Under the pieces are notes generated by a model that was not told the origin of the DNA, did no database searches, and saw nothing but the letters and a program-made list of their open reading frames with translations. Below are positions 41,188 to 43,742 of a stretch of DNA of 43,742 nucleotides, piece by piece; position 1 is the stretch's first letter, and each line of letters starts with the position of its first letter. The DNA is from Nitrospiraceae bacterium (GTDB taxonomy: Bacteria; Nitrospirota; Nitrospiria; Nitrospirales; Nitrospiraceae). The stretch lies in the NCBI GenBank assembly GCA_037442105.1, contig JBBIQV010000006.1:62001-105742 (forward strand). Direction: 5' to 3'. The position numbers were made by a program, and so were the translations under genes.

Positions 41188-41471
41188 ACGGGAGTACGGT
41201 TCCGGGAACCTTTTCCGGCGATCTTCGGAAGGGCCTCATGGGACTTCCATTTACGGTCGTGCCACATCCGCTTGGTAACACGGAGTTCGGGGTAATTGAT
41301 CCACGCGAGGAACGCCTTCGCCACCAACAGGATTTCCTCGATCCGGGCGAACTCGCGCCGGAGCCGGTCCTTCTCCGCGAGCAGCTTCGCTGCCACCCGC
41401 CCGAACCCGCGCCTGAGACCGTCGAGGTACTCTAGGTTGGCGGCTTGCCAATTGATAAATTGATCTTGCAC
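41184..41471 (-). CDS. Hypothetical protein or gene fragment
   Basis: 95-aa ORF downstream of the DUF4062-like gene; no recognised motif. Confidence 0.35.
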   Translation of the reverse strand: MQDQFINWQAANLEYLDGLRRGFGRVAAKLLAEKDRLRREFARIEEILLVAKAFLAWINYPELRVTKRMWHDRKWKSHEALPKIAGKGSRNRTPV

Positions 41472-41504
41472 CGTCTGCCGCTCTATACCGCTGTGTGTAT
41501 GCTC

Positions 41505-43097
41505 TCATTCCACCCGGTACTGGTATCCCGATTCCGTCCTCTCGGCAACGAGCTTCGGGAACCTTGATCCAACGAGGCGGAGGAACTGCAATGCGAGATG
41601 TGGAAGGGTGCCGCTGGCCTCGCGCCTTCTTATCTGGTGAAGGTTGCATATCGCGTCAGCCTCCTGTACTTGCCGAACTGCGTCGCGGATTCGCCACCGC
41701 CTCAAATAGTATTCTGCCATCTTGAGCTTTGCCCGCGCTGCGAATCCCTCGCTCATTGCCGCTTCAAGCTCCTCCACACCTTCCAGCAGCAGGTTATGTC
41801 CACGCTTCCAGAGCCCGTGTTGGACTAGCGCGTGACCGAGATCGGCCTTTCCCTCAGCAAGGGCTGCGCCGCGCATACCAGCGTCTTTTCGGAGTCTGAG
41901 ACTCTCTTCGAATGCCGCAACCGGGTCCAGCGTCTGGTCCCTTAACTCAAGGTAGATGTGGCCGCGGATAGCTGCAAGGCCGGCAAAGAAACCGTGGCGC
42001 TCGTCTTCACGCATGAAATGGCGAACCCGTGTTGCGACGTGCAGAAACTCTAGACCCCTTCGGAGGAATTTCTCCTTGGAACTACGAATCGTCTGCTCTT
42101 TTGCAAGCGAGTAGTATTCGCTTGCGAGTGCGCCTCCTAAAGAAAAGGCACGGAGCCAAGGAGTTGGGTCGCCAATCTTTGCCTCCGGAGGTAGTGGTTG
42201 GGCGGCGATTTGGTGTCGATCGCCACCGCTAGCGAGAAGACAGCGGACCACCATCTGGGTGTTGAGCATGGCAAGTCTACCCAAGCGCAAGGCGTTGTGA
42301 TGGCCACGCCATGCTGTGGCACGAAGCCACCCTTCACAGAAATGGTCCCACGCGGAATAGAAGGGCGAGCACGAACGATCGTTGTACGGAACAGCAGCCA
42401 GTTCAGGCAGGAGAGCAGAGAGCTGGCTTTCCTTTTCAGATCGGTCTTCGATCGCGGCGAGGACGCTGATCGCGCTTTCCAGTTCGTCAGCACTACGATG
42501 CGTGGGAGCGGCACATACGCCTCGTGGTAGGACCTGAAGGCCCTCTACACTATCTAGTTCACTGCTGCGAAGGCGGACGATGCCTGATTTGTAACTTCGG
42601 AATGCTCGCGTCCGCCACGTCGTGCGCAGTTCTGGGCAGTCTAAATGCCGGGCGATGTCGTCCTCGATAAGACGCAGAACGTGGCCAGCCGAGCCACTGC
42701 CACCGAAGGTCTCGGGCGCGACGGTTCTGACGAGGGTCAGAAGCGCCTTCAACTCTTCCTCTGGCTCGTGTGGCTCGATGATGTAGAAGCGGATTTTCTT
42801 TCCTGCGCTGACGGCTTGGAAAAACTCCAGGTCGGTGAGCGCGATCGAGGCGGCGTGTGAATCACGACTGCCGCCGTAAGCTCCGTGAAAGACGGCGAGG
42901 TAGAGGTCACATTCATCGACCTTCTTGAGGCACGCAGCAGCCGATGCCGGAAACCCAAGACGGACCCAGTACTCCTTTGGAGTGTTGGGATCGTCGAACC
43001 GCCAGAGGTCAACGCCGTGGTCGTGAGCCCATTGTCCCAGCTCGTCACGAACCTCGGCTAGCACCTCGTTCGAGCGTGCTGAGCTTAGGAAAATCAT
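41505..43097 (-). CDS. DUF4062-like (TIR/nucleoside-deoxyribosyltransferase-like) N-terminal domain plus helical/TPR-like C-terminus
   Basis: IFLSS...CL.KVDECDLYL.V....YG...TDLEF..A...GK.I..Y; C-terminal A...FE.SL.L...G...A helical repeats; start probably ATG 43097. Confidence 0.7.
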   Translation of the reverse strand: MIFLSSARSNEVLAEVRDELGQWAHDHGVDLWRFDDPNTPKEYWVRLGFPASAAACLKKVDECDLYLAVFHGAYGGSRDSHAASIALTDLEFFQAVSAGKKIRFYIIEPHEPEEELKALLTLVRTVAPETFGGSGSAGHVLRLIEDDIARHLDCPELRTTWRTRAFRSYKSGIVRLRSSELDSVEGLQVLPRGVCAAPTHRSADELESAISVLAAIEDRSEKESQLSALLPELAAVPYNDRSCSPFYSAWDHFCEGWLRATAWRGHHNALRLGRLAMLNTQMVVRCLLASGGDRHQIAAQPLPPEAKIGDPTPWLRAFSLGGALASEYYSLAKEQTIRSSKEKFLRRGLEFLHVATRVRHFMREDERHGFFAGLAAIRGHIYLELRDQTLDPVAAFEESLRLRKDAGMRGAALAEGKADLGHALVQHGLWKRGHNLLLEGVEELEAAMSEGFAARAKLKMAEYYLRRWRIRDAVRQVQEADAICNLHQIRRREASGTLPHLALQFLRLVGSRFPKLVAERTESGYQYRVE

Positions 43098-43358
43098 AGT
43101 TCGATAGTCATCGCCTATTTTTGAAATTGTAACAACGGCCCAAGAAGAGTGACAATAGGCGCCGGGCATGTAGATCGAAACGCGAATGTAGCAAAGTCGA
43201 TGCGACACGGGCGGCGCAGGGGGGGTGAGACTGAGACGGGATTCTGTTTGAAATGCCTATGAAGACGGAGTCTGTGGCGCAGAAACCTGTCGGCGTGCTC
43301 GGGGCTCAACCTTAGGTTTCCGCCCGCCTGTGCGCGCCGACACCGCAATTGTTCAGGA

Positions 43359-43705
43359 TGGGCGGGCCGGAAGGCTGGGCGGTGCTCGCTTGCGGGGGTT
43401 GAGAGTCTGAGAAGTTCTGCGCGATCCGAACGCCGAGGGCACGAGCCTTGCGGCTCCAGAGGGGCTCTGGCCGCAGGCAGCGGAAGACCCTGCGGGGCTG
43501 GAGCCCGAGGACAGAGACCCTCAGAGCCTCTGCAAGGCGAGTGACCGAGGCAAAGCGCGCCTGGCACGCCCCCTTGCCACCGCAAGGCCAATCCGAATGG
43601 GCGCACGCAAGGGGCGTGACAGGCGCTCAAGCGGCGGGAAGGCGACGATCAGGGGCCTTGGGCCTCGAAGAAGGTTCGAACGCGCTGCAAGAGGGTCCAC
43701 CAATC
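43359..43705 (-). repeat. Right copy of the 347-bp inverted repeat
   Basis: Reverse complement of 30334-30680. Confidence 0.95.
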
Positions 43706-43715
43706 GTCATGTTTG

Positions 43716-43742
43716 CCCCTGGCGGCCACGAGCCGCCAGGGG
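43716..43742 (+). terminator. GC-rich hairpin, possible terminator
   Basis: CCCCTGGCGGC-CACGA-GCCGCCAGGGG, perfect 11-bp stem; any U-tract would lie outside the window. Confidence 0.45.

Noticed and set aside
43630..43702. Complete tRNA gene ending in CCACCA
   Set aside because: The distance from TTCGAA to CCA is ~5 nt too long and no cloverleaf forms; at most a 3'-end att core

Overview
GC-rich bacterial chromosome segment; the gene content is compatible with a Nitrospira-like organism (inference only). Left part: a minus-strand run ribBA-ribH-nusB-purB-purC-(small membrane protein)-purS-purQ-[insert]-purL-purF, followed by narK, rpoH, groES-groEL and two divergent GlnE-family half-genes. 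Between purQ and purL lies a ~3.7 kb array of toxin-antitoxin and nuclease cassettes separated by three diverged, truncated copies of the purL 5' end. A Fic gene is similarly bracketed by a duplicated 3' end of the glnE-like gene. Both look like integrase-free cassette accretion at housekeeping-gene termini. Region 24.3-30.2 kb is rich in TA modules and REP-like repeats. Region 30.9-41.2 kb is a probable Druantia type II anti-phage system (DruM-F-G-E) whose cytosine methylase is fused to a HhH-GPD/[4Fe-4S] mismatch glycosylase. This system and a DUF4062-like gene are enclosed by a 347-bp inverted repeat that begins at an att-like sequence resembling a tRNA-Ala/tmRNA 3' end. Three copies of a covarying structured intergenic element and several heptamer hairpin repeats are also present. 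All family assignments come from motif recognition by eye, not database searches.
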